Assembly: GCA_015680685.1 (NCBI GenBank)
Contig: MNCI01000690.1
Coordinates: 62,001 to 126,000, forward strand
Source of the DNA: Gnetum montanum
Taxonomy: Eukaryota > Plantae > Gnetophyta
Length of the DNA: 64,000 nt
Direction of reading: 5' to 3'
Shown: piece by piece, positions 34,601-46,704 of the stretch
Position numbering within the stretch: the stretch's first letter is position 1
Layout of the letters: each line of letters opens with the position of its first letter
Made by a program: the position numbers and the translations under genes
Notes under the pieces: generated by a model
Seen by the model: the letters and a program-made list of their open reading frames with translations, nothing else
The model's database searches: none
What the model was told of the DNA's origin: nothing

Positions 34601-37058
34601 ATGGCATACCTTTAACCGATAAAAATTCATTTTGATGTGCCAGTGTTATTTGCAAGAAACAGCTTGGACATCTCCAATTATGCTGTGATTATAAGCTCTT
34701 AAATAAGCACAAAATCAAAAACGAGTCTCCAGTGGCTTTGATCTAGGATTTTTTGACCAATTATCAAGAGCTTCCTCTCACTATTGGATCTTGGCAGGCG
34801 TACTACCTAGTTTGCACTACTCAAGGTGACAAGAAAAAGATAGCTTCTTTGATGAGGTACAGGTCCTATGAGCAGACAAAGGATCTCAGATGCATTGCAC
34901 CTGCGTTCTAGCCAGGTTCTTAACTTAGTTTCAGGGGACCCTATGTGGTGTTTGACACTGTAGAAGACAGTTGTTACATTCCAGATAGATATAACCATTC
35001 TCATGTTCTTCATTTGTCTCATATAAAACTAATCTATTCAAGAGATCCTAATGGTGTGATTTGACACCCAAAGAACTTAGAAAAATGATCCAAGAAAAGG
35101 CCCTTAAAAGCATGTGGGAACAAACTATAGGAAAAAAGAAATTCTACTTACATGAGATTCAAGAAGGATCCTTAGCACAAAACCCTACTTATATGTCTAT
35201 CACAATCTCAAAGCAAATTAAAGCTGTAATCATTCATGCTCATTTGGGATTTCAGTATATATTGATTAATCTTCCAAAAGATCACGCATATGTAGATTCT
35301 ATGTATAGGCAATAGTGAAGGATAAAGAACATTTCTTTCTCACTTGTCCTTTTAATCTATTGAGACTTTAATATGGCATTCAAGCAAAAGATTTGCTCCA
35401 GTTTTTTGAGATAGAATTATCAACCTTGAGTCACTTCCTTAATGAAGTTTTCAAGGCTCATCAAGAAAACTTCAAGAAAATTAGATTGAGGACACTAAAC
35501 AAAATGGTAATAGATGTCAGAGTTAGCATAGTAGTGGATCAGACTTGGAAATACTTCTGAACTTTAAACTTAATCAAACTGGTGAAATTTAATTGACCAT
35601 GCAATGACCACAAGTTGCGGTGGAGTGTGGTGGAGGTTGTAGAGTATTTGCAAACTTGGAAAACTTGACTTCAAGTTGTGGACAAGAATCATGGATCATG
35701 GTTAAAGCACCATGACCTAACCACTGGTCATGGTACAATCAAATTTCTTACTGCTGGTCATGCTGAAGTCATGGTTAAATTCTAAGAAAACCACAAGTCA
35801 TAGGTAAGATATTTTCTTCAATTGCTCAAAATCTGCCAATTGGATTTTGATGAAACTTAGTTTGTTAGATGCACCCAAGTCTGCTCTTTATCCTTAATGC
35901 TTCAAATGTAATGGAAGATAACAAAATTGAGATGAACTGAATCAAACTATCAAAAGTGATGCTTCAACTTCTTGGAAGTTGATGAAATTGTTGAACTTTG
36001 ATTGCCTTAGATTTGGATAAATGTTAAAAGACAGACAATGATTCTAACATCTATCAATCATGAATTACAAACAAATTTGGTACTTTGTGCATAATTGGTA
36101 TTTCAATGTTAAGCTGTTGCTTCAATGGTAAATGGTGCTTCAAAATGGAATTGGTGCTTCAATGTTGCAGCAAAATTGTTGCTATGAATTCAGACAAAAT
36201 TTTGGGAAAGTTCTGGTATTAGAACTTTATTTATATCAATGGGAAAACATTTATGTATTTATAGACTAATCTATATCAATTGGCTTGAGGCTAATCTACG
36301 ACCATGAGAAGAGACTTGTCTCATGGAGAATGGGCAAGAATAATAAGAATACTTTAGAATTTGGAGCTTTTACGCATATTGTTTGCCCATGAAATGATTT
36401 AATTTAATAAAATATAATTAATATCACTTTTGGGCTTCTGACTAATAGAATTTTAAAATAATAAGGTTTTTACAAAGCTTTTCACCGTAGTTACATAAAA
36501 ATGATGACTTTAGAATTATGATGCAGGCATGTCTTCATGTTGAATTGATGAAGTGAACCAACAATTCACACTATTTCCAATGGCAGAAAGCAACATGAAA
36601 TGCATAGGAGATGAGGGATACGGAAGCAATAATAGATTCAATCCTAAACTGAAACTATGGAACTATACATCGCTGAGTACAAGTGAAAATCATCAAATAA
36701 AATAAACAACAGAGTTTCGAATGAAAATGAAAATGACCCGAACAAATCAAATAATACATACAGCCTTGCTCGCTCCTTCTGAACTGCCTCCTTATCGGTA
36801 AACTGCAATATTAGACGCCCCAAAACCAAGGTCTCCGTCAATTTGTAACAATTTATACGCAAATGTTGTAACTCCAGAAATGTAACAGCAATATCTAGAA
36901 ACAATGTTGCACATGGTAAGATAGGAACATACTTGATGAATGTCAAACGATCGGTAAATAATACGGTGCGACAATACTGTATTTGCATGCATCGATGCTG
37001 CTGCTGCTCTAACATAGTGTATGAATGTGTCAGAAGCTTTTCTTCTGAGGTACCACAT
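19515..37058 (-). CDS. ATP10: Mitochondrial ATP synthase assembly factor ATP10, complement(join(19515..19635,19759..19937,21631..21702,21849..22019,25117..25180,36762..36802,36933..37058)), 257 aa
   Basis: Spliced product contains KEAVQKERARL-TDELNRGYFLDISDLRKHGGK, KFPSL, CLSFRANSQ-AMIESWTSPF, VSLIDSW, FGDHYELRKQL.ILNLLTGYIFLVD..GRIRW, as in plant ATP10; all six introns GT-AG and frame-consistent (774 nt); Arg-rich N-terminus like a mitochondrial presequence. Confidence 0.93.
19759..19937 (-). CDS. ATP10: ATP10 exon 6
   Basis: VSLIDSW...NLLTG with canonical splice sites. Confidence 0.92.
20970..21245 (-). mobile_element. Two tandem Au-like SINE copies, preceded by a 67-bp tandem duplication (20862-20995)
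   Basis: Minus strand GTAAGGTGCTTGTTT..GGTTCGAGCTTGGGCACAGCCACTCG..AAGGCTTTCAC..CCCTTCT, with GATGATG tail near 21100. Confidence 0.6.
21631..21702 (-). CDS. ATP10: ATP10 exon 5
   Basis: AMIESWTSPFLEAFHSRNDLELFE. Confidence 0.92.
21849..22019 (-). CDS. ATP10: ATP10 exon 4
   Basis: VGLANETLIP..KFP..CLSFRANSQ. Confidence 0.92.
22095..24560. repeat. Intronic tandem array of ~280-400-bp units (3 full plus 1 partial), the second unit interrupted by the fold-back element
   Basis: ggaaatacatgaaccagagccttatctac...gattcagagccattgcag...tcttcaatttaaaatt..gaccatgt at ~22125, ~22400 and ~24106; partial at ~24430. Confidence 0.8.
22649..23995. mobile_element. Non-coding fold-back element: ~285-bp terminal inverted repeats, TGTTGATG...CATCAACA ends, 5-bp TSD
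   Basis: Flanks GTATC (22644-48) and ATATC (23996-24000); the empty site is visible in the neighbouring repeat unit (accatGTATCaataacaaaag at 22317). Confidence 0.8.
25117..25180 (-). CDS. ATP10: ATP10 exon 3
   Basis: TDELNRGYFLDISDLRKHGGK|gtaagt. Confidence 0.92.
26165..26635. mobile_element. Possible MITE with imperfect subterminal inverted repeats
   Basis: gatgcatcccaaacacataggggacgtg (26192-26220) is inverted relative to cacatccccaacatgtttggggacacatc (26566-26594); no TSD identified. Confidence 0.35.
27519..32260 (-). mobile_element. Near full-length decayed RTE-clade LINE, interrupted by an L1 at ~28216-30799
   Basis: 14-bp TSD CTTTTCTAAAGTTC (27505-27518, 32261-32274); endonuclease IFIGGDFNGHIG (~31630); RT GLHQG.ALS.YLFAIVMDELT and IPWCMLF.D; (GAT)n tail at 27519. 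Confidence 0.85.
28216..30799 (-). mobile_element. 5'-truncated L1-clade LINE with a large in-frame C-terminal extension of ORF2
   Basis: zf-RVT-like IWHGHLPEKIKCFLWLIAQGALP..PLC..ETTQH..CPF, then LWTLWWARNEYIF (30064-30105); A-rich tail at 28216-28231; candidate short TSD CTAGTTA (28206, 30800). Confidence 0.8.
32400..33300 (-). mobile_element. Highly decayed Ty3/gypsy gag remnant
   Basis: YLE*FKELLIHISKVKEEYKFFKF..PWVEHEL..RSVDNIQNALPAA resembles chromovirus-type gag. Confidence 0.4.
35060..35400 (+). mobile_element. 3' fragment of a non-L1 LINE (RTEX/CR1-like CCHC tail)
   Basis: RICRF(Y)V*AIV(K)D(K)EHFFLTCP, a decayed R.C..C....VEDE.HF...CP motif, at ~35285-35350. Confidence 0.45.
36762..36802 (-). 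CDS. ATP10: ATP10 exon 2
   Basis: ttgcag|FTDKEAVQKERAR(L)|gtatgt. Confidence 0.9.
36933..37058 (-). CDS. ATP10: ATP10 exon 1 (start codon inferred)
   Basis: MWYLRRKAS...RSFDIHQ|gtatgt; first in-frame ATG at 37058. Confidence 0.75.
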
Positions 37059-37687
37059 TTTCACGTACCAATTCGCAATTCTATTTGACCACGCGATCTT
37101 CCTGCTCAAACACCATTGTAGCCTGAAAAACTTCCTGAGATTTCCCTTTCTTACTTGCCGAAAGGGCAGGCTTTCTCACTGGAAATAAATAATTATTACT
37201 GTAATATTGAGTTAAGTTCTTTTTTTAACATGAAAATCAATTCTTAATTACTAAGTTATGAGATTTCAATAATTTAAGAAAGAAAACAATCTTTAGCAAA
37301 TAATATATATCCTAAAATGTATAACGACATTCTATTTATTTCCATTGCTTACCATATGTTGATGTGGAAAACTGAGCAAATCCTAAGGGTTTGTTGTATT
37401 CCTCTATAATTCTTTGAATATATTATGTTGGCTATATGTATTGGGGTGTACTTTTAATCAAACTGCTTCATGTTCCAACTACACTATAAGTTAATAAGGC
37501 ACCAATGAGAGGTCACTCAAGTGTTTAGCTCATTGTCTAATAAGACTTTGGAGGCAATTGCCTATTTGAGTCACACTAAGGCATTGCTATATTTCTATAT
37601 GATGAAGCGTTGTTATGTTCCTTTATACTTCTTCTAATGCATCATGCTGGTTATATGTTTTGTGGTGTACTTAGTCAAATTGTTTTG

Positions 37688-38475
37688 TGATGAGTGACGA
37701 GGTACCCCTACACTCAACCATACGAATATGAGCATTACACACGTGATCCAGTTGAACTCCAAGGACTAAGTGCTTATGTGCCTTATGGAACACTTAAGGT
37801 TAATCAATCATTGTCTTCTTAGACTTACTTGTATTGTCACGGTTGTATGGTTAAGTAAGTCTGAGGTATGTGATTTTTATGTCTTTTATCTTTTTATCGC
37901 CTATGCTAAGAGGGGAAAGGGTGAAGAGACTAAGTAACTAACTTTCACTAACTAAGCTTTAATCGTCCTAGCATTAGTATCCGTTCCCACTTGTCGTTCA
38001 CACCCTGAACCAATGCAACGCTACTAGGATTACCAAACGCTATTCGTTACTGGGATTACCAAGCGTAACGCATGTGCTCGAAGCGGTCGTACTGAATGCA
38101 CTTGACTATGAGAGTTGAGGGTTGAGAGAGATTAAGTCCTTAAGAAAGCATTTAAACATTTAACAATAATTAAAGTCCTATTTAAGTTAGTCCATGTGCT
38201 GCAAGGTTTATCCAAAAGTTCGTCTTTATTGTCGTACACAATTGTGTCCTCAGGTACAGAATTGCTTGAATAAAAATCTGTTCACTTTGGGACTCCTACT
38301 GCGGGCGCATGGAAATTATTCTAACTCTAGAATGGTAAAATGGCAAGAGTTTGGCTAAGGTCTAAATCTAGATGGAGAAATAAGGGAGAGCCGCCTCTTA
38401 TTTATAGAACTGGCGATGGGCTGCGCTATCGTGTATGCGATATCGTAGGGACCGACACAATATCACGTCCCATCA
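37688..38475 (-). repeat. 3' LTR of element 2
   Basis: TGATG..CATCA; direct repeat of 46705-47492; PPT-like motif at 38477-38488. Confidence 0.95.
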
Positions 38476-40309
38476 TACCCCCATGACTAAATAAAAACTC
38501 ATCCTTGAGTTCCTTACAAAATATTGGGAAGGTATGGGATTATTGACTTGAATGGAACTAATGGTGAATGGGACGACATGTGAACGGATCATCATTATAA
38601 TACATTACAAAACTTAGTGTTCATGACAACAAGAGTGAACACTATATACAATTGACATCCAACCTTATTTGGCAGCTGAGAGAGAAAGAGAGAGAGAAAA
38701 AAAAAGTCTGTTGCTGGCAACGCCAAGATTGCGTCTTTCATTGTCCATCCATAAGCGCACCATCGATCTTGCTCCTTGCATAGCTGCTTCAGCACTGATC
38801 CATTTCAAGTGTTCCCTCCAGGTCCAATCCGCTGTTGTATGATTGCCATCCGCACACACAACACAGTCTGATATTAGCAAGGATAAATGAATCATAATGC
38901 AATTGATACCTTGCTTCGGTGTAAGGTCCATTGGCTGGGTTGTGATATGGTTGATACAAATCTTGAGATATAATATTGATGACTACCCAAGGTGTAGGGG
39001 TTAAGAGAAAAATCGAAAAAATTGGACCAGGATCCCCATGACTAATCGTGAATCTCCGGTAGCGAGAGAATGGAAAAAGATAAGAAATAAGAAAGATGGA
39101 GAAAAAAGAAACAATGGTCACACCAATAAAATGGATGTCAAAGATGGAAATGAACAAAATAAATGGTGATTACAACAATGTTTAAAGGAAAGAAATTAAC
39201 GGATGCACGAAATAGGAATGTCAGTGGGTCCTCCCCAAACCAGGCTCATGCCTTTAATGCCCTAACAATCCCACATTCAAAGAGTTCATAGGCTCTAGAA
39301 ATGTCATTTGGAAACAAAAGTTAAATTCTTAACCACAAGAGTTTACCAAAAAGAAAACAATGCATCCACCAAAATATAGACTACTGGTATGATTGGCAAT
39401 GAGGTGAAAAATGGAGAAAGAAGGATGGAAAGAAGAGAATGGAATGGAATCTCAAGAACAAGGTGGTGTACAGCCCCTTGTGTATTAATGGTTAATGTGA
39501 CTTAGTAGATCCCATTCCAAATCCGGCCTCAAACAAACCACATTCAGTGACTTCGCATTAATACATTTGGTCCATCCATCTACTTGAAGTAACAAGAATG
39601 CCTTCACCAAAGAGCCACCACCATTTCGACGAAATGAAGGAGGAGAGAATAGGAAGCGAGAAGGGCCTTAGTTAGAGGGAACATGTTTATTTTAGTTCCA
39701 TGACCAGTGCTTGTAGCCCAAATGATTTTTTTGTCTAAGGGGTGTGCTTTGAATTCTCACTATTTTTTTTTATTTTTATTTTTTGCATGAGAACCACACC
39801 ATGCAAAGACTTATTATTTTTATTTGCTTAGCTTCTCGATAATGTAGCAATGTCAGAACCCAAGAGAATGGCCAGCACAAGTGCATCAAATCCCCTTAAA
39901 GTCACATCCTTTTCAATCCTTGAGTCCTTAGTTTGAGAAATACCCAGTCACCGATTCATTGATAGTTCTTATTATTGAAAAAGATGACTGTACAGTTCCA
40001 AGCCAAGAGAGACTATAGAAATTTATGGATGCGTGGATGATGTGGACTCATTGCCTATTATATCAAAAGAACCATACCTTAGTATCAACATCATAACTTA
40101 AAGGTAAAACCAAACATTAGTAATTAATGGAATACAGTTCATACCATCAGAACACTTATTAAGTGACGAATCAAATAAAGTAATTAAACATACAAAGAAA
40201 TGAAAAAGTATAAACGATGTTGTAAAACAAAAACAAGAAAAGTTAAAGAAATTTGTAAAACAAAATGTGTAAAACAAAAAATTTTAAAAGAACTGAGGGC
40301 TGCAAATGA

Positions 40310-43300
40310 TCAGCATAGGTGGCCATCTCCCCCATGACTGAATTGAAAGGGAGAGATTCGAAATAAGGAGCAAGGTTGTCCTCTCTCAGAGGTATTATGT
40401 GCACCAGTTGTTCTAGGTTCATGGAAGGGTTTGGTTTGTTGCACATTGATCAATAATCTCTTATCGGGGCTTTCAGGTTTGTATATGGTCATGGCTCCTG
40501 AGGGAAAGGTTGTGTGAATGATGTAAGGTCCTTCCCACAATGTTTGAAATTTCGTGCGTTGGGGCACATGTGTGGGGTTCTAGTAAAAGACCTTATCTCC
40601 TGGTTGGTATTTGACCTTTCAAATTTTTAAGTCATGACATTGTTTATTATGTGCCTTGTGCAACTCATTTGATGATAGGGCAACCAATCAGTTTTCGTCT
40701 AGCATGTTTAGAGTCGTCAATCTTTGTTTTTGTGCTAGATCAAGGTCAAGGTGGAGGTCACATGCCATGGATAGTGTACGGAGCTCAATTTGAATTGGAA
40801 GCTTTGGGAGTTTTCCGTACACTAACTCATAGGGAGAGTAGCCTGTAGGGAGTTTCCAAGTGGAGCGATATGCCTAGAGAGCATCGTTCAGTTTAGTGCT
40901 CCAATCTCATCTAAATTTGCTAATTGTTCTTGTCAAAATTTTAGTAATCTCCCGATTAGTGACCTCGGCTTGGCCATTAGCTTGGGGGTGATAAGGTGTA
41001 GTCAATTTATGTTCAACCCCTAAGCGTTGCATCAATTTTCGAAAGGTTGCACTCGTGAAATGTGTTCCGTTATTTGAGATAAGTGCACACGGCACACCAA
41101 ACCTATTTACGACTTGTTGTTGTACAAATCGTGTAGTTGTAGACGATGTGCAATCTGTTACAGAAGCTACTTCAACCCATTTTGTTAGATAGTCAACAAC
41201 AACAATGATATAAGCTTTTCCATTGGACATTGGTGTAATGGGCCCCATAAATTCTATTCCCCAAATGTCGAAGGGTTCCAAAGGTTGAATCCATTGTTGC
41301 TGATCCTCCATTCTAGCAGTCATTCCTCCATCACATTGATAGCACTCATAGGATTGGACAAAATGATGGGCATCCCGAAATAGTGTTGGCCAGTAATATC
41401 CTGCTAGCAAGATCTTGATAGCTATTCATCTCCCTGCATAGTGACCCCCACAAGGGCCCTTGTGAGTGTCCTAGAGAACTCTTAGTTGGTCCACATTGGG
41501 CACACACCGTTGAACCAAGCCATCAGGTTAGACTTTGTAAAGTTGTCCTTTGATCTCCATGAAGTACTTGGTTCTATGAAGAAACTGTTGCTTCTTCCTA
41601 AAGTCCAACCCCTGTGGTGTTTGTTGGGAAAGGAGATAGGTGAGAATGCTACTATACCAATTCGTTCCCATGGGTTGGTTATTCACTACACCGGCAAAGA
41701 GGGCTTTGTCAGGAAAATGATCAAATATGGCATATTCGTCCTCTTTGTTGTCCCAGTGCAACCGAGATAAGTGAGCTACAACTACGTTCTCGGTGCCCTT
41801 TTGATCTACTATCGTTAGATCGAACTCCTGTAGGATTACCAACCAACGTATAATACGAGGGCTAACCATTGGCTTATTCATAAGGAACCTAATTGCACTA
41901 TGATCCATATGAATGTACACTTTGTAGCCTATTACATAGTGCCTAAAGTTATCCAGTACAAAGACTACAACCATTAATTCTTTTTCTGTGGTTGTGTAGT
42001 TTAGTTGTGCACTGGTGATACTTTTACTTGCACAGTGGATGTAATAAGGGAATTTTTGTTCATCTAACTGTGTTAGTATGGCTCCTAAGGCATAATTAGA
42101 TGCGTTAGTCATTATATGGAATGGTCTGGACCAGTCAGGGGCTTGTAGAATGGGAGTTTCTACAAGTCTTTGTTTCAGAGTTTGGAATGCTCGTTCACAT
42201 TCCCTGGTCCATTCGAATGATGCAGCCTTCTTCGTTAGTTCTACCAATGTTTTAGCAATCTTGGAGAAGTTCTCAATGAATCTCCTGTAGTAGCCGGTGT
42301 GTCCAAGGAATGATCGAATGTCTTTAATAGGTTCTGGTTGTCGGGTAATTCCTTGGATGATCCTAACTTTATCCGGGTCTACCTCTATTCCTGAATGTGA
42401 AATTTTATGCCCAAGTACAACGCCCTCTTGGACCATCAAATGGATTTTTTGCTAATTGACCCTTAGGTTGGTTTCTACACATCGTTTTAACACTTGCTCT
42501 AATCGGTCTAGGGCTTGATCAAAGCTTGTTCCATATGTGGAGAAGTCATCCATAAAGACTTCCACTCCATTCCCGATCTGCTGTTGGAATATGCTTAAAA
42601 CTAAATGTTGAAACGTGGTAGGAGCATTGCATAAGCCAAATGGCATTTTTTTATATGCGAATGTTCCCCAAGGGCTGGTGAACATTGTTTTGGCTTAATC
42701 TTCTAGTGCTATTTGTATTTGATTATATCCACTATACCCATCCAGAAAACTATAATAGCGATGCCCTGCTATAGTGTCTAAGACTTGGTCAACGAATGAC
42801 AATGGAAAATGATCCTTGAATGTTGCCATGTTCAGCAGCCTAAAATCTATACACACTCTCCATTTTCCTTCCTTCTTAGACATGATTACTAGAGGACTAA
42901 CCCATTCACTATCAGCAATGGGATATATGAACCTAGCCTTGAGGAGCTGTTCTATCTCTTCTTTTACTATTTTTTTCAATTTTGGGTTCAATCGCCTCTG
43001 TGGTTGTTTTCAAGGTTTCATGGAGGGGTCCATGTAAATCCTATGCTGGCATATCCTAGGATCTATTCTGGTTAACTTAGGATATGACTAGGCAAAGGAT
43101 TTTGACCACTTGTTTATCACTTTTAGCAGTCTTTCTTTTTGGTTGGGAACAAGTTTTGCGTTGATGATTACCGATTTTCCATTTTCAAGGGTCATATACT
43201 CCAAACCGGTGGGCAATAGTTTCAGATCAAAGGGCTCTTGTTTAACTCTCTCAAGAATTTCCAACTTCCCCCAATTGATGCTTTCAAGGCTAAGGTTTGG

Positions 43301-46300
43301 AAGTTGGCAACGGACTTGCTCAAGTGTGTTTGTGCTTCCAATGTAAGCACTAGTTATCCCCTCAGTCAATTCCATGCATGTTATTGAGTTACTCTCTTGA
43401 TCAGTCATCAACCACAGGGTGTCCTCTTGTCATGTGGCTACTGCATACAGGCATCTTTGTATATTAATTTCTTGTGCACACCGATCACACGTAGGCAATG
43501 TTAAACTTCGCATAACCCATGATTTCTGCATGCAATGGCACCCTGTATCACTGTATGCAATGCATGGAATTTTCTTCTTCTCAATCTTTCCAAAAGGTTT
43601 CTTCTTGGATATTTCTAGGGAAAGATCATGGATTCCTAGGTGTGCATCTATAGTGCTCAACCATGCTCCTCCCATTATTATTGGGAAGTCCCCCTTACCG
43701 TTGTTTACTTGTATCACTAGGAAATCAGTTGGATATGACCAACCACTCATAGTGGTAACGATGTCCTCCACTACTCCCAAAGGAATAGTGATGGATTGGT
43801 TAGCCAGCTCTAGTCGAATATTACTCTTCCTTAGTGAAGGCAGGTTCTAGGCTTTGTACATCTTCTGTGATATTAAGTTGACTCCAGAACCTGAGTCCAG
43901 AAGAGCTTTACATGGTTTATTCTCAGTGACTTGGAGGTAGATTAGAGGACTTCCAGGATCAGAGAATTTCCTGGGAAGGTGGCCCACCTTGATCCAGTCA
44001 GTGACGGTATGTGTTAACATAACCGTATGCGTTGAGCTCTGTTGTTGGTTTGAAGGAGGTCCCAAAACTTTATTTGGTATGGAGGTGTGTAGATGTTCAA
44101 CCACTTGTGAGGGTGAGGGCTTAGTTGGATTGTTGGTTCTGAAGAAAGGTCTTTTCGGCATAAGATTGTCAGAACCAACTACGGTTTGAGGATTCGAAGC
44201 CCTCGTGACATTGGGTTGTTGCAGTTGAGTGGGGAATACCCCTTGCATTGTTGGAACGGTTGATAGTGGAGCTATCAGTGTAAGAGTGGCAGAAGGATTT
44301 AGAGGATGGTATGCATGTGGTGTGTCTCTCCTAGGAGAAGGAGTCTTATAGTACTTCCAAGCTTGGTAGTGACATTATGGGGTCATGTCACTGATAAAGT
44401 CACTTGGAGAAACTGACTGCTGCACGTAATAGCCATATGGATCTGGTTGTCGGTAAGGGTATTGTTGCCTAGGCGGTGGCATCCCCCATGACTGTGGGTA
44501 TTGCCACTACTGGTGTTGCTCAATAGGTTATGGTAGAGTTCCACTTGGATAATACATTAAGGGTTGGTGGAACTACCGTGGGTTACCTTGGGGATAAGGT
44601 AACCTTCGGGGTGCTTGTCGTTTGTTAAGTCTTGGGTTGAGTGCATACACCCCGGACTCTTACAGATATGAGATTATTGGGCAACATCCCTTAGGATGGT
44701 CATATTGGCAGATCTCACATCCATCTTTATTGTCCATATCAGAGTCCACAACCTCATCGATGATAGTCATTTTTCCCTTACCCTTGTTACGTGCATGGTC
44801 TGAATCCCTCTTCTTTTTCTTATCATGGTCACTACTTCGCTCCTTAGACTCCTCTACGATTTTCAAAACAGTTTCAAATCTACTATCTAAGGAGTGCCAC
44901 ATTTGATCTACCTTAGCCGACACTTTAGTTGTCAACTTTTGAAGTGGCAAGGTTTTTCTATTCACCAACTCTTCGAATGATGACTCATCCTCCTCCTCGC
45001 AGAACCTCACTCTCCTCTTTTGGAGGGAAGGATTGCAGTTATACTCTTCCACACTTTCTCTTTTCTGTAGCTTTCCTTCTTCCTTAGCTACTTGCTCCAA
45101 CAATCTATGAACCTCATGGGACCTAAGTTTAGATAATCTCCCTTGGGCATATGTCCCAAGGGTTCTCCTGGTTTCATGTCTTAGCCCATCTACGAGATGG
45201 CGTAGTTGATCCCGTTGTGTGTAACCATGGCCTGGGCAATGATGTAGCTATGCATAATATCAGCCCATGAAAGCATCCAAGGGTTCATGATTACCCTGCT
45301 TCCATCCTTGGATCTGCTTCCGCAAGTTGGACACTTTGGAGTATGTTTGGTATTTATCGTTAAACAGTTCTAGCATCATACTCCACTGTCTAATGGATTT
45401 CAGTTCTAAGGACCGGTACCAACTTTCCGCTTCTTTTATGAGTGTCCTTGGGAACAACTTTAACTTCAGCCACTCATTTTCAATATTTTGCAAGGCACAA
45501 GCATCTTGAAATTCTTGTAAGTGGTTTTGCGGATCAGCATTGTATCCCCCCTCAAACCGTGGGATATTATTCATGTCCAGTCTCTTGATCCGTCTATCTT
45601 TCTGGTGCCTTGTAGGTATTCTAACTTCCTCTGTAATGTCTAACATACTCTGGGTTGCTAGTAGGGGTTCTTCGTTGTCATTTTTTTCATGGCGTCTATG
45701 ATTCCTACATGGTTCCCTACTTTCCCTTCTTCCATGCCTTGATTCCCTAGAATGCCCTCATCCTCACTCTCAACTCTCTTATCGAGGTTTCTCATCTTTC
45801 TTACCCTTGTCCTCATGATGAGGCTCTTTGTGACTGCATCATGATGTGGAAGGAGAGGGTGAATGATGCGATGAAGGTGAAGAAGAAGGGGAACCATCGC
45901 CATGACGATGTTTCTTACCTTCTCTTTGGTGGTTACGGCCCCGATCGTGATGACTATCAGACTACCCGCCCTTGTCATGTGTTTGTGTTCCCTCATTGAA
46001 CACTTGGTGTTCATGGGAATTAGAACCAGGGTTGTGAATTATGGAGTGAAGTTTCTAATACCCTACCTCTTCACTATTGTTAGGAGGGGCAACATCATTT
46101 TGTGGGGAACCTATTGAGATAGGTTCACCACCCTTAATTTCTCTTATGATGGGCAAAGCATTATGGGGGCCTTTGCCTTTCAATGATGTGTGGTGACTCT
46201 CCTACCACAAGTCCCGTTGATGTTGTGCTTCTGTGGGATGGTAGTCCCTCATGTTGTAATCACATGTAATGTACTCAGCGTATAATTGCGACATGCCAAT

Positions 46301-46558
46301 TCATGCAAGGGCACGAAGGAGCATGTTGGGGGTAGCTCTATCTGGAGGCAACACTATGTTACCCTCCAAGTCTCTCCATCGTAGTTGTTCATCTTGATGG
46401 AAGACAAAGGTAAAGTTGGGTATATATTCATCATGATGAATATATACCACACTGAATTGTTTAGGAACTGGCGGTTCTTGGTTATGTATGTTGTGCCGCC
46501 GACTATCGCTAGTGTTGATCCTAGGCAGTGAAGTGCTTTTGTATGGAGAAGAAGACAT
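40310..46558 (-). pseudogene. Degenerate gag-pol of element 2
   Basis: gag 45260-45646; CEICQYDHPKGCCP; PR ALLDSGSG; RT WVSPLV, WRVCIDFR, FLDGYSGYNQI, MPFGLCNAP, VFMDDFS; RH ASNYALGAIL, NYTTTEKEL; INT GYYWPTLF.DA, PFD.WGI.FMGP, YHPQANGQAE, W.GPY. Confidence 0.95.
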
Positions 46559-46685
46559 CTTAGTTTAGTGCAGTGTGCTATTTTTCATTATGTTATTTTT
46601 TGTATGATTAACCCTAAGGGTTCGTTTAAGCTTCCCAACGATGTGGATGATTTCCTATGTTCTACTTAGCACACAAACAACTAAG

Positions 46686-46704
46686 TCCCCAGCAATGGCG
46701 CCAA
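46686..46704 (-). other. Primer binding site (tRNA-Asp)
   Basis: TTGGCGCCATTGCTGGGGA adjacent to the 5' LTR. Confidence 0.9.

Noticed and set aside
33650-35000. Possible Ty3 pol fragments on plus
   Set aside because: Only faint traces (e.g. PVLF-like), too decayed to call.
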